Assembly (NCBI GenBank): GCA_963778115.1
Contig: CAVZSV010000006.1
Span: 32,001-96,000 of the forward strand
DNA from: an uncultured delta proteobacterium
GTDB taxonomy: Bacteria; Bdellovibrionota; FAC87; UBA2466
Length of the DNA stretch: 64,000 nucleotides
Direction: 5' to 3'
Position 1 is the first letter of the stretch; every line of letters begins with the position of its first letter. A program made the translations under genes and the position numbers. Positions 49,443 to 59,073 of this stretch are shown here, piece after piece. The notes under the pieces are model-generated. The model saw only the letters and a list, made by a program, of their open reading frames with translations, was not told the origin of the DNA and searched no databases.

Positions 49443-50303
49443 ATGCCGGATACAAATGACAAGAACGAAACTTCTTTAGATTCCTTTTCCCGTCGAGACT
49501 TTATGACTTCGGGTTTGAAAGCAGGTTTTGCTCTAGCGGTCTACCCGCTTTCTGCTTTTACTATTTCCACGGACGCTAAGGGGCTGGTTGCTGGAGATAT
49601 TAGTATTCCCTCCTTCGACAGAAAGATTCCAGGATATTGGGCGATGCCCGAAGGAAAGGGACCCTTTCCCACGGTTGTAGTCGTCCATGAGATCTTTGGA
49701 CTTCATGAACACATTCGGGATCTCTGCCGTCGCTTGGCGAAGAAGGGTTTCTTGGCGGTTGCTCCTTATCTGTACTCTAGGCAGGGCGACGTCATGCACA
49801 TGAAAGAGGTCAATGACATCATTAATAAAGTTATTTTCAAAGTCATTCGCTCGGAAGTGAATCAAGATTTGGATGCGACGATCAAATTTGCTGAGGCTTC
49901 GAAAAAAGCCGATGCGAACCGACTTAGCATGACCGGATTTTGCTGGGGAGGGGCCACTACGTGGTTATATGCCGCCCGCAATCCTCAGTTAAAGGCGGGT
50001 GCGGCTTGGTATGGCCCTCTGACGGCTAGAATTGCGGGACAGGAAAGTCCGATTACGATTGCTCCCATGTTGAAGGTTCCCGTTCTGGGGTTATACGGAG
50101 CCAAAGACGATCACATCTCACAGGCTTCCATCAAAGAGATGGAAGAGGCTCTTAAGAAGGGGACCAGTGGTTCAAAGATTATCGTCTACCCTGACGCCGG
50201 CCATGGTTTTAATGCCGATTACCGAGACTCCTATGTCCGAAAGGATGCGGACGGTGCCTGGGCAAGAATGCTCGATTGGTTTAAAACTCATCATGCTACT
50301 TAA
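49443..50303 (+). CDS. Dienelactone hydrolase family protein, Tat-exported
   Basis: SRRDFM twin-arginine motif, HEIFG, GFCWGG, HGFNADYR. Confidence 0.93.
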   Translation: MPDTNDKNETSLDSFSRRDFMTSGLKAGFALAVYPLSAFTISTDAKGLVAGDISIPSFDRKIPGYWAMPEGKGPFPTVVVVHEIFGLHEHIRDLCRRLAKKGFLAVAPYLYSRQGDVMHMKEVNDIINKVIFKVIRSEVNQDLDATIKFAEASKKADANRLSMTGFCWGGATTWLYAARNPQLKAGAAWYGPLTARIAGQESPITIAPMLKVPVLGLYGAKDDHISQASIKEMEEALKKGTSGSKIIVYPDAGHGFNADYRDSYVRKDADGAWARMLDWFKTHHAT

Positions 50304-50310
50304 AGAGAAA

Positions 50311-50349
50311 AAGGCAGGGGCGACCGCTTCGATCGCTCCCGCCCTCTCT
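50311..50349. terminator. Probable bidirectional terminator between convergent genes
   Basis: GGCAGGGGCGA...TCGCTCCCGCC stem preceded by an A-tract. Confidence 0.6.
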
Positions 50350-50353
50350 GGCT

Positions 50354-50884
50354 CTAAGCAGCTTTTTCGGAAGCGGATTTTCCACTTTCTTTAGGGGGTT
50401 CTTTTCCACCGACAAGTCGGGAGAAAAAAGATCCTTTCGTCTCGCCGATCTTAATCTGACGTGGCTTTGCGGATTCCGCTTTCGGAAGGGCGAGCTTGAG
50501 CACGCCATCTTCATAGTCTGCTTCGATGTGTTCCGCATCGACATCTGCGGGAAGCGTTAAAAGTCTTTGGAACCTTCCGTAACTACGTTCCGAGAGACTC
50601 TTCGTTGAGCGTTCTTGTTTGCGCTCACCGGAGATCACAAGTTGATTACCGTTGATCTCAATCTGGATATCCTTTTTAGAAACTCCAGGTAGATCAAAGC
50701 TCATCAAATAGTGATCTTCTGATTCCTCGAACTCTCCCGTCGGTTGAAATGTGATGGATTCTTTGGCTAAGCCTCGAGATTGCGGAGTCCATACATCGTC
50801 AAAAAGACGATCCATATGTCTCTGCAAGTCGATAAGACCTCTCCACGGGGTTAAATTTTCATTGAACAAAGTTATATTTGCCAT
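50354..50884 (-). CDS. Hsp20/alpha-crystallin small heat-shock protein
   Basis: DLPGV, LVISGER, ERSYGRFQR, ADYEDGVL.L.LPK. Confidence 0.96.
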   Translation of the reverse strand: MANITLFNENLTPWRGLIDLQRHMDRLFDDVWTPQSRGLAKESITFQPTGEFEESEDHYLMSFDLPGVSKKDIQIEINGNQLVISGERKQERSTKSLSERSYGRFQRLLTLPADVDAEHIEADYEDGVLKLALPKAESAKPRQIKIGETKGSFFSRLVGGKEPPKESGKSASEKAA

Positions 50885-50906
50885 AACTGATCTCCTTTCT
50901 CTTTTC

Positions 50907-50935
50907 TATTTGGGAACGCGAAAAAAAATGTCAAG
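50907..50935 (-). promoter_or_regulatory. Sigma32-like promoter candidate CTTGAC-N15-CCCAAATA
   Basis: Resembles the RpoH consensus (CTTGAA...CCCCATNT) and sits immediately upstream of the hsp20 RBS. Confidence 0.5.
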
Positions 50936-51068
50936 CCGCTCTCTTTGAGGCAAGTGGAAAGCTCAATGCCTTGAAGAGCTTAGCGGGCTGAGGTGGTGAC
51001 AATTAACGCGCGTTGTGAAGGGGATCCCTTTTTGCTATAGTGCGGCGGTTTAATACAGGAGGCTTGCG

Positions 51069-51905
51069 GTGCGTCGGTGCTTTGGCGGTTGCGTCTTTTT
51101 CTTGCTTGCCGCCATTTTGGTCTCCGGCTGTGGGAAAGAAATTCCTCAAGGTACCCCTGGGCCCGTCCTAAATATTAAGAGTCTTCCCGATTACTGGAAT
51201 GGGAAAAATCCAATAGGGCTTCTCTTCGCTCAGGTGGATGGCGCTATTCACGGCTGTACCGTGTCCTTACTCGAAAATGGTTATGTGATTACCGCGGGCC
51301 ATTGTGTGAGTACTGACGGTTCGTCTCACCATCCCGTTCATGCGATGACGCTTTTTTTTCAAAATCCGGGAGACACTCAGTCGAAGGGCTATACCGTTCG
51401 GTCTATCATCGCCTTTGATTTTTCAGGGACTGGGACTTCTGACTGGGCTATTCTCCTTCCCCACAGTCGTGCCGAACTGCCCCAGCATTACCACGGGATC
51501 AAATTAGCTCAGAATTATGATTTCAAAGACACCGCTCAGGATGTTCCGGTGGAAGCCGTCGTCTATAATCCATCGGCCAACAACCGGGATATTCACGCTG
51601 CCACGTTGGAGAGCAAGAAAGGGCGGATGATGAGCGTGGAACACTTCGGTGGGACCTCGCCTATGACGATGCTTAATATGATTCCCGGCAATTCCGGGGG
51701 GCCTGTGTTTCATTCGCTATCTCACGAATTGGTGGGTATCGTGAGTACGGCTAATTTTGACGAACAGCATCGTCCTAAAGGTTCGACCGGCCAATGGGCT
51801 CCCCACGTGCAATTGCTCAAAGCCGTGCACACCCTCATGGAGAATTTTCCCTTGATGAAGTTCTTAATCCGAAACGGCCCGCTGCGTCCTAGTGGCCATT
51901 CCTAG
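51069..51905 (+). CDS. Trypsin-like serine protease lipoprotein
   Basis: Lipobox VSGC, ITAGHC, DWAIL, GNSGGP. Confidence 0.88.
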   Translation: MRRCFGGCVFFLLAAILVSGCGKEIPQGTPGPVLNIKSLPDYWNGKNPIGLLFAQVDGAIHGCTVSLLENGYVITAGHCVSTDGSSHHPVHAMTLFFQNPGDTQSKGYTVRSIIAFDFSGTGTSDWAILLPHSRAELPQHYHGIKLAQNYDFKDTAQDVPVEAVVYNPSANNRDIHAATLESKKGRMMSVEHFGGTSPMTMLNMIPGNSGGPVFHSLSHELVGIVSTANFDEQHRPKGSTGQWAPHVQLLKAVHTLMENFPLMKFLIRNGPLRPSGHS

Positions 51906-51975
51906 TCATTTGGGCTGACCACTCCCATTCCGAAAATAAAGTGCTATTCTCCCTGTCTAAAGGCGTGATCAAGGA

Positions 51976-52560
51976 GTGGTAATGGTTTCTGAAACAAAGT
52001 TGCCCGGAGTCCTTCTCTTTAAAACGAAACGATTTGGGGATGACCGGGGTTATTTTCGAGAGATTTGGAGAGAAAATAACTATCGGGATGCGGGGCTTGG
52101 TGAGTTGGTACAAGACAACTATTCGTTTTCTAAACGGCATATCTTGCGCGGTATGCATTTTCAGCATCCTCAAGGGCAAGCCAAACTTATCGTGGCCCTT
52201 CGGGGCCAAATCTACGACGTTGCGGTAGATATTCGACTGGGCTCTCCCTCTTTCGGAAAGTGGACCGGAGAAATCTTATCGGAGGAGAATGGCCACCAAC
52301 TCTTTATTCCCGATGGCTTTGCTCACGGCTTTGTGGTGCTTAGCGACGATGCCGTAGTCCTATACAAATGTTCCAACTACTACCAGCCTCAGTACGAGCG
52401 TAGCTTGGCGTGGAACGATCCTGAGCTGGGAATCGATTGGCCCGTCAAAAATCCGGTGCTTTCCACGAAAGACAAAGACGCGGTTCGATTGAGTCAGGCT
52501 CCTCGAGAATGGCTTCCCCCATACTCCCCCCGTAATCACAAGACGAGGGGTCCGAACTAG
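51976..52560 (+). CDS. rfbC: dTDP-4-dehydrorhamnose 3,5-epimerase
   Basis: DDRGYFRE, QDNYS.S, LRGMHFQ, DVAVDIR, GFAHGF. Confidence 0.95.
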   Translation: MVMVSETKLPGVLLFKTKRFGDDRGYFREIWRENNYRDAGLGELVQDNYSFSKRHILRGMHFQHPQGQAKLIVALRGQIYDVAVDIRLGSPSFGKWTGEILSEENGHQLFIPDGFAHGFVVLSDDAVVLYKCSNYYQPQYERSLAWNDPELGIDWPVKNPVLSTKDKDAVRLSQAPREWLPPYSPRNHKTRGPN

Positions 52561-52565
52561 GGAAT

Positions 52566-52595
52566 TGGGGTACCCTGGAAATCCAAGGTACCCCA
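52566..52595. terminator. Hairpin between convergent genes
   Basis: TGGGGTACC-C-TGGA-AA-TCCA-A-GGTACCCCA. Confidence 0.6.
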
Positions 52596-52611
52596 CCGCT
52601 AAAGATCTTAC

Positions 52612-54018
52612 TCAATGGCCCTTGGTCAGGACCACATTTTGAAAAGTTCCGTCAAACCGGCGGGTGGTGAGAGTTAACGACTGGCTTGTAAAGCCCGGGG
52701 CTGAAATCGTCACCTGCTGTGTCCCCTGAATGGCCGGTCGGTGGACATACCCGTGATAATGAAGAGTCCGTGTTGCCGTGGTCATATCAACCCCGCTATC
52801 GAGAAGGTTCCCCTGGGCATCCGTAACTTTGAGGTGGATGCCATCGAGTCCACGACTCAAGAACGTAATAAGCGAGGTTCGGTTGTCGGTCCAAAACCCA
52901 GCAAGAGTGCTGGCGTCGGGCCATTTCACATCCGAGAGTTCGACCGTAGAATGGGTCGCTTCTATGAAAAAAGAAGCCCAATCCTGCATGCCTCCTAATA
53001 CCTGGTACCATTCGTAGCCGTAGGTGACGCCGTTGACGAAATTTCCCTCATTCACGGCATGCATCGGAGCGTTTAGCTCCGCGTACTCGTTTGCTAAAGC
53101 CTGGACCAATTTGTCATCGCCGAAAGGATGGGTTCCATCATTAGGGATGCTGTCCCACGGGGTATTAAAACAGAGCGCTCCCGTGTGGAAGTTGATGGCT
53201 ATCTCAAAGTTATTAGCTTGATGCAGATTCATGATGGCTTGGGTCTCCGGTGCATGGCCGGAGGAAAACGGCTGATCGTCCATGGTGGGGAAATCACGGT
53301 TAAGATCGACACCATTCGCGTTGAAGCGATCTTGGTGATAGGTCCCATCGGGATTCATCGACGGCATGATGTACAGAATGGAATTGTCGACCAGAGCGGT
53401 GAGATCGGTGTCAGTGCCATAGAGATTAAGCAGATCTCTAATCAGATAGATCAGAAGTTCCTTACCGACGACTTCATCCCCGTGCATTGAGGAGATATAC
53501 AGAAGCTTCGGCTTCATCTGGTCACTTAACTTGCTGGAGGTAATGCGCATGTACCACAGATCGCGCCCCTCGACGCTTTTACCCGCCGAAACTAAGGTGG
53601 ATAGGTTTTTGTATTTCGTACTGAGTGTCGTAAGCTCCGTCGTGAGGGTCTCGTACGTGTGGTAGTCTTCGGTGTCGTGCAAAATTTGGGGAAGAAGCAC
53701 GGGACGCGGTTGTAGCGTCTTGGGATCCATACTGTGGTGAGCCCACTGTCTAGCGTCGAGTCGTTTCACCTCATTTAAAATAGTTCTGGGAAGCTTGGCG
53801 AATTCACTTTGAGTGACGTAACCAAAGGCATATTCGCTATCCACCACATGATCTCGGATGAAACCATAGCGCGAGACAAATTCCGGGGTAAGTTGTCCGA
53901 CTGGAATTCTAATATAGTCGTGAGCTACGTACGGGGTTGTTCCGTACGCGACAATTGAACTCAGGAGCAAGCTCGATACGAACATGAAGCGATAGACAAA
54001 CCGGTTCCCAAAAGACAT
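52612..54018 (-). CDS. M14 zinc carboxypeptidase (N/E-like), secreted
   Basis: MHGDE, NPDG, R.NANGVDLNRDF, NFH, WY...GGMQD, ELS. Confidence 0.93.
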   Translation of the reverse strand: MSFGNRFVYRFMFVSSLLLSSIVAYGTTPYVAHDYIRIPVGQLTPEFVSRYGFIRDHVVDSEYAFGYVTQSEFAKLPRTILNEVKRLDARQWAHHSMDPKTLQPRPVLLPQILHDTEDYHTYETLTTELTTLSTKYKNLSTLVSAGKSVEGRDLWYMRITSSKLSDQMKPKLLYISSMHGDEVVGKELLIYLIRDLLNLYGTDTDLTALVDNSILYIMPSMNPDGTYHQDRFNANGVDLNRDFPTMDDQPFSSGHAPETQAIMNLHQANNFEIAINFHTGALCFNTPWDSIPNDGTHPFGDDKLVQALANEYAELNAPMHAVNEGNFVNGVTYGYEWYQVLGGMQDWASFFIEATHSTVELSDVKWPDASTLAGFWTDNRTSLITFLSRGLDGIHLKVTDAQGNLLDSGVDMTTATRTLHYHGYVHRPAIQGTQQVTISAPGFTSQSLTLTTRRFDGTFQNVVLTKGH

Positions 54019-54137
54019 GAAGTCCCCCTTAATGATTTTTTAATAGTGTCGACGGCTTTATGGTGAGCGTCAGCAGAATCGTACTCTGCGAAAGAGGGGA
54101 AAGTCCAATGGCAGGGTGGAGAGCGTTAACAAAAATA

Positions 54138-54398
54138 TTAAAGAGGGTTATCGCCTCGGTTCTTAAGCCAAAATCCGACGGCCACTACCGCGGCGCTTCC
54201 AACCCACAATTTCCAATCCATGATATCGAAAGTGGGAGCGCCTATTCCGATTCCAATTAGAAAGAGAGGAAGACTTTTTCGTTTCATCCCTATCCAACAG
54301 TAAACGGTGGAAGCGATCGTCAAGACCACGATGAGGGTGAGCAGATAGGGGTTCGACAAGACGTCCATGACCGAGGAGAGATCCAAATCCGTATCCAT
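54138..54398 (-). CDS. Small membrane protein (about 3 TM)
   Basis: Hydrophobic 86-aa ORF. No family recognised. Confidence 0.55.
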   Translation of the reverse strand: MDTDLDLSSVMDVLSNPYLLTLIVVLTIASTVYCWIGMKRKSLPLFLIGIGIGAPTFDIMDWKLWVGSAAVVAVGFWLKNRGDNPL

Positions 54399-54469
54399 AG
54401 TTTGATCTTACGCTGATATCGACGTAATCAAAAGGCGTTCTTGGGTTTATCGGCCTAGCGACGTACAAT

Positions 54470-55183
54470 ATGGCTATGCCATCAGCTACCTTCTATTGGG
54501 AGCATCCCGAACTCATTAAATATCTAAAGAAAGCCAAGAAGAGCGAGTATCTCTTTCGGCAGGGAGATAGAGCGAGCACCATGATGCTTCTGATTCGAGG
54601 CATCATCGAATTGGAAACGGAAGACGGGGGAGAGTCGCGAGTGGTCAATCTGGTGGAAGCCGGACAATTTATCGGTGAGAAAGCGATTCTTAGGAAAAGT
54701 CCGTACCCCAGGGCCTTTTCGGCTCATGCCCGAACTGACTTACTTTTTTTAGAACTCAGTTGGAGCGATTTGGAAAACATTCGTAGCCACCAGCCCAAAT
54801 TAGTCGGGGAAATCTTCCGTGAAATGTTTAAAACAGCGGTGGAGCGGCTTGATCGATCCAACTATTTAATCCATATCTTGCGATCCTCCGATAACGTGGA
54901 CCGTCTGGTTCATTTGATGATCTTTTTTGCGCGGACTTACGGAAGAACTGTTGCCGAAGGTCAAGAGCTCTTTCTTCCCGAGCGCACGGTTCACTACTAC
55001 TTGGACATCGGACAAAATCGCTTAGAGGATATGCTTAACGAACTCGTCGAGAAGGATTTAATTGCCCGATCGAGTCCTGAGAGTATTATCATCCGCGACG
55101 AAGCCAAACTTCTTGCTTATGCTCCGAACCTTTCACGGCAGTTTGCTACCGGCCAGTTCGATGAATTGGAAGCGATACCGTAG
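54470..55183 (+). CDS. Crp/Fnr-family regulator
   Basis: LFRQGD, GQFIGE, PRAFSA cNMP-binding domain and a divergent C-terminal HTH. Confidence 0.85.
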   Translation: MAMPSATFYWEHPELIKYLKKAKKSEYLFRQGDRASTMMLLIRGIIELETEDGGESRVVNLVEAGQFIGEKAILRKSPYPRAFSAHARTDLLFLELSWSDLENIRSHQPKLVGEIFREMFKTAVERLDRSNYLIHILRSSDNVDRLVHLMIFFARTYGRTVAEGQELFLPERTVHYYLDIGQNRLEDMLNELVEKDLIARSSPESIIIRDEAKLLAYAPNLSRQFATGQFDELEAIP

Positions 55184-55205
55184 AAATTGGTCCGTTTGGC
55201 TTACC

Positions 55206-55273
55206 GGTTGCTTCGGCTTCGCCTCGCAAATACAACCAGTACTTCGGTCATTGCGTGGCGCAGCCGAGCGACC
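55206..55273. repeat. Inverted pair of REP-like palindromic units (GTCATTGCG type)
   Basis: GGTTGCTTCGGCTTCGCCTCGCAAATAC (55206-55233) matches the reverse complement of 55247-55273, GGTCGCTCGGCTGCGCCACGCAATGAC. Confidence 0.6.
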
Positions 55274-55321
55274 CGAGGAAGATAGATCGCACTATTGCTG
55301 CCGCCGTCGCGATTGTAGACG

Positions 55322-55708
55322 CTAAATCACAAACGAACTGCGAAGCCGTTCATAAAGCATCGAATCGGGTAATTGCGCGAAATCCCGATCTACGGTGACG
55401 TTGATAGCATTTAAGGTGCGAGGACTAAGTGCGGAACGCAGCATCCCCAACAACTTAGGTTCGGCGATAATGACAAGCCTGTCGTACCGACCTAGAGATC
55501 TTTCCTTATCTAAAAACCGGCAAATGGATTTGGCGAAGCGAGGAAGATGATTTGCTTTCTCTTCTGCCGATCCGTTCTCCTCTTGCGTTCTGGAATGGCG
55601 CGCTTCTGGATTTTGAAATCGCTGTAAGAGCGCTAACCCCTTTTGAATCTGTCTTTCAAATACTTTGGCCCCACCTCGATGTGCTACGAGAACCCATTGA
55701 CGATTCAT
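55322..55708 (-). CDS. Host-attachment-family (AtsE-like) protein
   Basis: WVLVA....A..F, FAK.I...L, YDRLVIIAEPKLLG.LR. GGAGG RBS. Confidence 0.8.
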   Translation of the reverse strand: MNRQWVLVAHRGGAKVFERQIQKGLALLQRFQNPEARHSRTQEENGSAEEKANHLPRFAKSICRFLDKERSLGRYDRLVIIAEPKLLGMLRSALSPRTLNAINVTVDRDFAQLPDSMLYERLRSSFVI

Positions 55709-55973
55709 GAATACCTCCATGACGATGTTGGTTGTTGAAAAAAGAAAGAGGAACGAGGAAACAAATCATTAGTTCTCCGAAACGTCTCCATCCGAACATA
55801 GTAAAACTAAAATGCCAAGGGGCGTAACAAAAGTCCTCCTCTTGCCTGATTGAAAAATTGGGAGCAGTATCTTGGTTCCCCAATAAATTATTACAGACTG
55901 GTCATAATTTAAGAGAATTTTCGGAACGCATTAGGCAGGAAAGCTGTGCCGTAGTATAAAAGCACCTAAATAT

Positions 55974-56972
55974 ATGGTGAATTTTAATCACCTCTACTAT
56001 TTCCATGCGGCGGTAGCGGAGGGCAGCATCAGTGCCGGGGCCAGGCGATTAAAGATCAGCCAACCTGCGCTTAGTCATCAGATCAAAAAGCTGGAAGAGT
56101 CGCTAGGTCTTAATCTCTTTATTCGCCATGGGAGAAGAGTTCGAATCACTCCCGCCGGAAAAACTCTCTTCCAATACTCTTCCAAGATGTTCTCGTTGGC
56201 GGAAGAATGCTTGGTCTCCTTAAAAAGGCCGGCCCGTGCGAATCGACTTCGACTTGGCGTTTGTGAAGAGATCGAAAGGCCTTTCACGGCACGTTTAGCC
56301 TCTCGGGCGGTATCGGAATTGGAAATGGAACCTCCGGTAGTGAAAGTGATTTCGGGAACCCACAGCCAGTTATTGGCGGCCTTGCAGGCCCACCGATTAG
56401 ACGCGATCTTATCCGATCGGCCACCGGTTAAGGGAACTTTTCATGCGTTGGGGGTTCTATCGATGCCCGTCTTTCTCGTGGCCAGGCGGTCCTCCACTGA
56501 GCCGGCCCATCCTCGAATGGAAAAGGTCTTGGAAAAAGGATTAGCCCTTCCTTCTGCTCGTTTTAGATTAAGAGCAGAGACCGAGCGCTTTATGGCAAGA
56601 AGAGCGCTAAAGAGCCGTACCGTGTTCGAAAGCGACCTATTGGCTTCGGTCGTGCGTGCGGTGGAAGACGGAGTCGGAGCGGGGTTCTTGCCCCTGGCCT
56701 ATCTATTAGATTCTGTCGATCGTTCTCGACTTAGTGTCCTGGGCCCTCCGGGCGGATATTGGAAGTACCCCATCTGGTTGCTGTCGGCCTTACCCCCCGG
56801 TGAAGAGCAGCCGCTCCTTCTTGGGCTAAGAGCGGCTTTCGTCGAGCTAGGCGAAGAGGTTGATCATTTTCACGCCCAAAGAAGTATCGGTGCGGTCCGC
56901 CGAGCTTCCGCAAAGCACAACGTCGAGAGCGCTACGTCCCCTGCGATCTTTTCCGCTTCAGAGCTTTGGTAG
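55974..56972 (+). CDS. LysR-family regulator (NhaR-like)
   Basis: NFNHLYYF...EGSI..GA..L.ISQPALSHQIKKLE. Confidence 0.92.
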   Translation: MVNFNHLYYFHAAVAEGSISAGARRLKISQPALSHQIKKLEESLGLNLFIRHGRRVRITPAGKTLFQYSSKMFSLAEECLVSLKRPARANRLRLGVCEEIERPFTARLASRAVSELEMEPPVVKVISGTHSQLLAALQAHRLDAILSDRPPVKGTFHALGVLSMPVFLVARRSSTEPAHPRMEKVLEKGLALPSARFRLRAETERFMARRALKSRTVFESDLLASVVRAVEDGVGAGFLPLAYLLDSVDRSRLSVLGPPGGYWKYPIWLLSALPPGEEQPLLLGLRAAFVELGEEVDHFHAQRSIGAVRRASAKHNVESATSPAIFSASELW

Positions 56973-56996
56973 TGCCGTTGTTTCCTCACAGAAGCT

Positions 56997-57785
56997 ATGG
57001 TACCGCTCTTGCGGATGGCATTAGATATCAGCGTTATTATCCCGGTTTATAATGGCAAGCGATTCCTGAAGGGGGCTGTCGTTAGTGCTCTGGCTGCGCG
57101 CACTAGGCGTACGGAAATTATTGTAGTGGATGATGGAAGTACAGACGGCGGAATTGAGACCCTGAGTGGATTAGAGATCAAGGTCTTTGGCCATAAAGTA
57201 AATAGGGGCATTGCTGCCGCTATTAACACTGGAGTGTCCCTCGCCAGTGGTAAGTGGATAACGGTATTGGACAGCGACGACCTTATGAAGCCAGAGGGGC
57301 TCTCTGTCAGGGAAAAATATCTTCAGTTGTCGCCCGCGTTTTCTGCCGTGGCCGCGATTCCGGGAGATATTCTTGATGAGAAAGGCAAAGTAATTCCCAG
57401 TCTACGGCACGTGCTGACTCCCGGCTTTAAGCTACCTCGGGAGCTTACATTCGAATTTTTCCAAAATGGAGGGATGTTTCCTTGTCTGTTATGGCTGTTC
57501 CTTTTCGATCGGGAAACGGTGCTTAGTCTAGGAGGTTTGGACGAAAATCTTAAGAGTGCCTTTGATTGTGATTTTCTTTTCCGATGGCTTAGAAAAACAA
57601 CCATTCCTGTGATATCCAACGAAGTCGTCGACCGACGTTGGCACGAAAGGAACCATTCCCACAAAAACTCGCGCGGAAAAAAAGTGCTCCACGAACGAAC
57701 CCAGAGCGAAATCCTCCAGGTTTGCCAGCGCTATGGAATTACCACCAATGGCTCATTCGCCCTGTGGGAAAGCGGATACCGCTAG
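56997..57785 (+). CDS. GT2 glycosyltransferase
   Basis: ISVIIPVYN, VVDDGSTD, LDSDD. Confidence 0.9.
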   Translation: MVPLLRMALDISVIIPVYNGKRFLKGAVVSALAARTRRTEIIVVDDGSTDGGIETLSGLEIKVFGHKVNRGIAAAINTGVSLASGKWITVLDSDDLMKPEGLSVREKYLQLSPAFSAVAAIPGDILDEKGKVIPSLRHVLTPGFKLPRELTFEFFQNGGMFPCLLWLFLFDRETVLSLGGLDENLKSAFDCDFLFRWLRKTTIPVISNEVVDRRWHERNHSHKNSRGKKVLHERTQSEILQVCQRYGITTNGSFALWESGYR

Positions 57786-57792
57786 TCGGTCG

Positions 57793-58758
57793 TTATTCTC
57801 CCGTCTTGGTGGTAGACGGTGCCGCTATGGTTTGGGCTTCAGCGGCCTTTAAGTTTACAATGCATGGAGTCTCTTTAGCATCGGCTAGTTTCTCGCTAGC
57901 TTCAAAGATGGCTTCTCGAGGCCATAGCGAAACTAACTCCAAGGCGCTGTCACGGATGCCATAAGTCTTGTTCCAATCGTCCTCGGAAATTTCGACCTTC
58001 AGCATCTTAGCAATGTTGACCAAGCTCTTAATGAGCTGGGTGTCGGAAGGCGCAAAGCGAGAGATAGTTTCTTTGAAACGCTGCTTTTTGAACTGAAGAT
58101 AGCGGGACATAAGAACAGGGGCATCGATGAGGGCGGTGCGGTTAACCACCAGCATGAGCTGGTTGTTATTGGAGCTAATATCGGCCACGAGCGGAATGGC
58201 TTTGCGATTGAAAGCAGCAAGGCTCGAAAAATAATGATCCAGGGAATCGATAAAAAAGCGGGTGCTGTTTCCTAAGCACTGTGTCTTCATTCGGTTACGG
58301 TACTCCCCAATCGTGTCGACGGCCTTTTGAAAATCGGCGACTTGCTCTTGAGAGAAGGTAGTCGATGTACTGCTCGCTTCCGTGGAAGCGGTGCGCCCAT
58401 AAGTCTCTTCATCCTCGTATTTAATGAAGTACTTCTGATTGGGGACCAAAAGATTGCGGGCCTCGTCGAATACAAAACGGGTTTGGCCACTCATCTCAAG
58501 CCCCCCTCGATTGACGGCCACCGTCGCAGTGGGACGATTTGTGTGTCGGGCGTGTCTTACTTTGGGAGGGTGGGTAATCTTAGGCTCTTTGACTTCGCTG
58601 GGTACCGGAGTCGCCGGTGAAGGCCCTTGAACGGGAGTGGCCTGTGGGGATTCAGCTCCGAGAGCGGATATTGAGAAAGCCAAAAAGAGGCCAATTCCCG
58701 ATAGTAATTTCCATGTAGGCGTCATCTTAAGCGTCATCTGGTTCAACTGGTTCGGCAT
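57793..58758 (-). CDS. Hypothetical secreted protein with Pro-rich N-terminal region
   Basis: Signal peptide (SISALG), GAGGG RBS, 321 aa. Confidence 0.7.
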   Translation of the reverse strand: MPNQLNQMTLKMTPTWKLLSGIGLFLAFSISALGAESPQATPVQGPSPATPVPSEVKEPKITHPPKVRHARHTNRPTATVAVNRGGLEMSGQTRFVFDEARNLLVPNQKYFIKYEDEETYGRTASTEASSTSTTFSQEQVADFQKAVDTIGEYRNRMKTQCLGNSTRFFIDSLDHYFSSLAAFNRKAIPLVADISSNNNQLMLVVNRTALIDAPVLMSRYLQFKKQRFKETISRFAPSDTQLIKSLVNIAKMLKVEISEDDWNKTYGIRDSALELVSLWPREAIFEASEKLADAKETPCIVNLKAAEAQTIAAPSTTKTGE

Positions 58759-58916
58759 TTCGTCACCCCTCTTTGCTCACCGTCGGCAGCTCTTTTACCG
58801 TGGAAGCACGGCACTAAACTCGACATTATCGTAAGCAAATTCAACTACCATGGGTGTTTGGGGCTGGCAAGCCGAGTTCCGCCATGGGTAGGGGTTTCGG
58901 GGCGTCGTGGGTATTA

Positions 58917-59022
58917 TTAAACTTAAACTTAAACTTAAACTTAAACTTAAACTTAAACTTAAACTTAAACTTAAACTTAAACTTAAACTTAAACTTAAAC
59001 TTAAACTTAAACTTAAACTTAA
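58917..59022. repeat. Perfect intergenic microsatellite (TTAAAC)17 + TTAA
   Basis: Counted directly from the sequence. Confidence 0.98.
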
Positions 59023-59025
59023 GTA

Positions 59026-59058
59026 AGAAAAGCCAGGGCCCTGAAGAGGGCCCCGGCA
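59026..59058 (-). terminator. Rho-independent terminator of the lipoprotein gene
   Basis: Minus strand GCCGGGGCCCT-CTTC-AGGGCCCTGGC followed by TTTTCTT. Confidence 0.8.
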
Positions 59059-59073
59059 GATTAGAATCATGGA

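Noticed and set aside
58917..59022. Microsatellite as a CRISPR array or a telomere/reverse-transcriptase product
   Set aside because: There are no spacers, and no cas or reverse transcriptase gene is present in the window.
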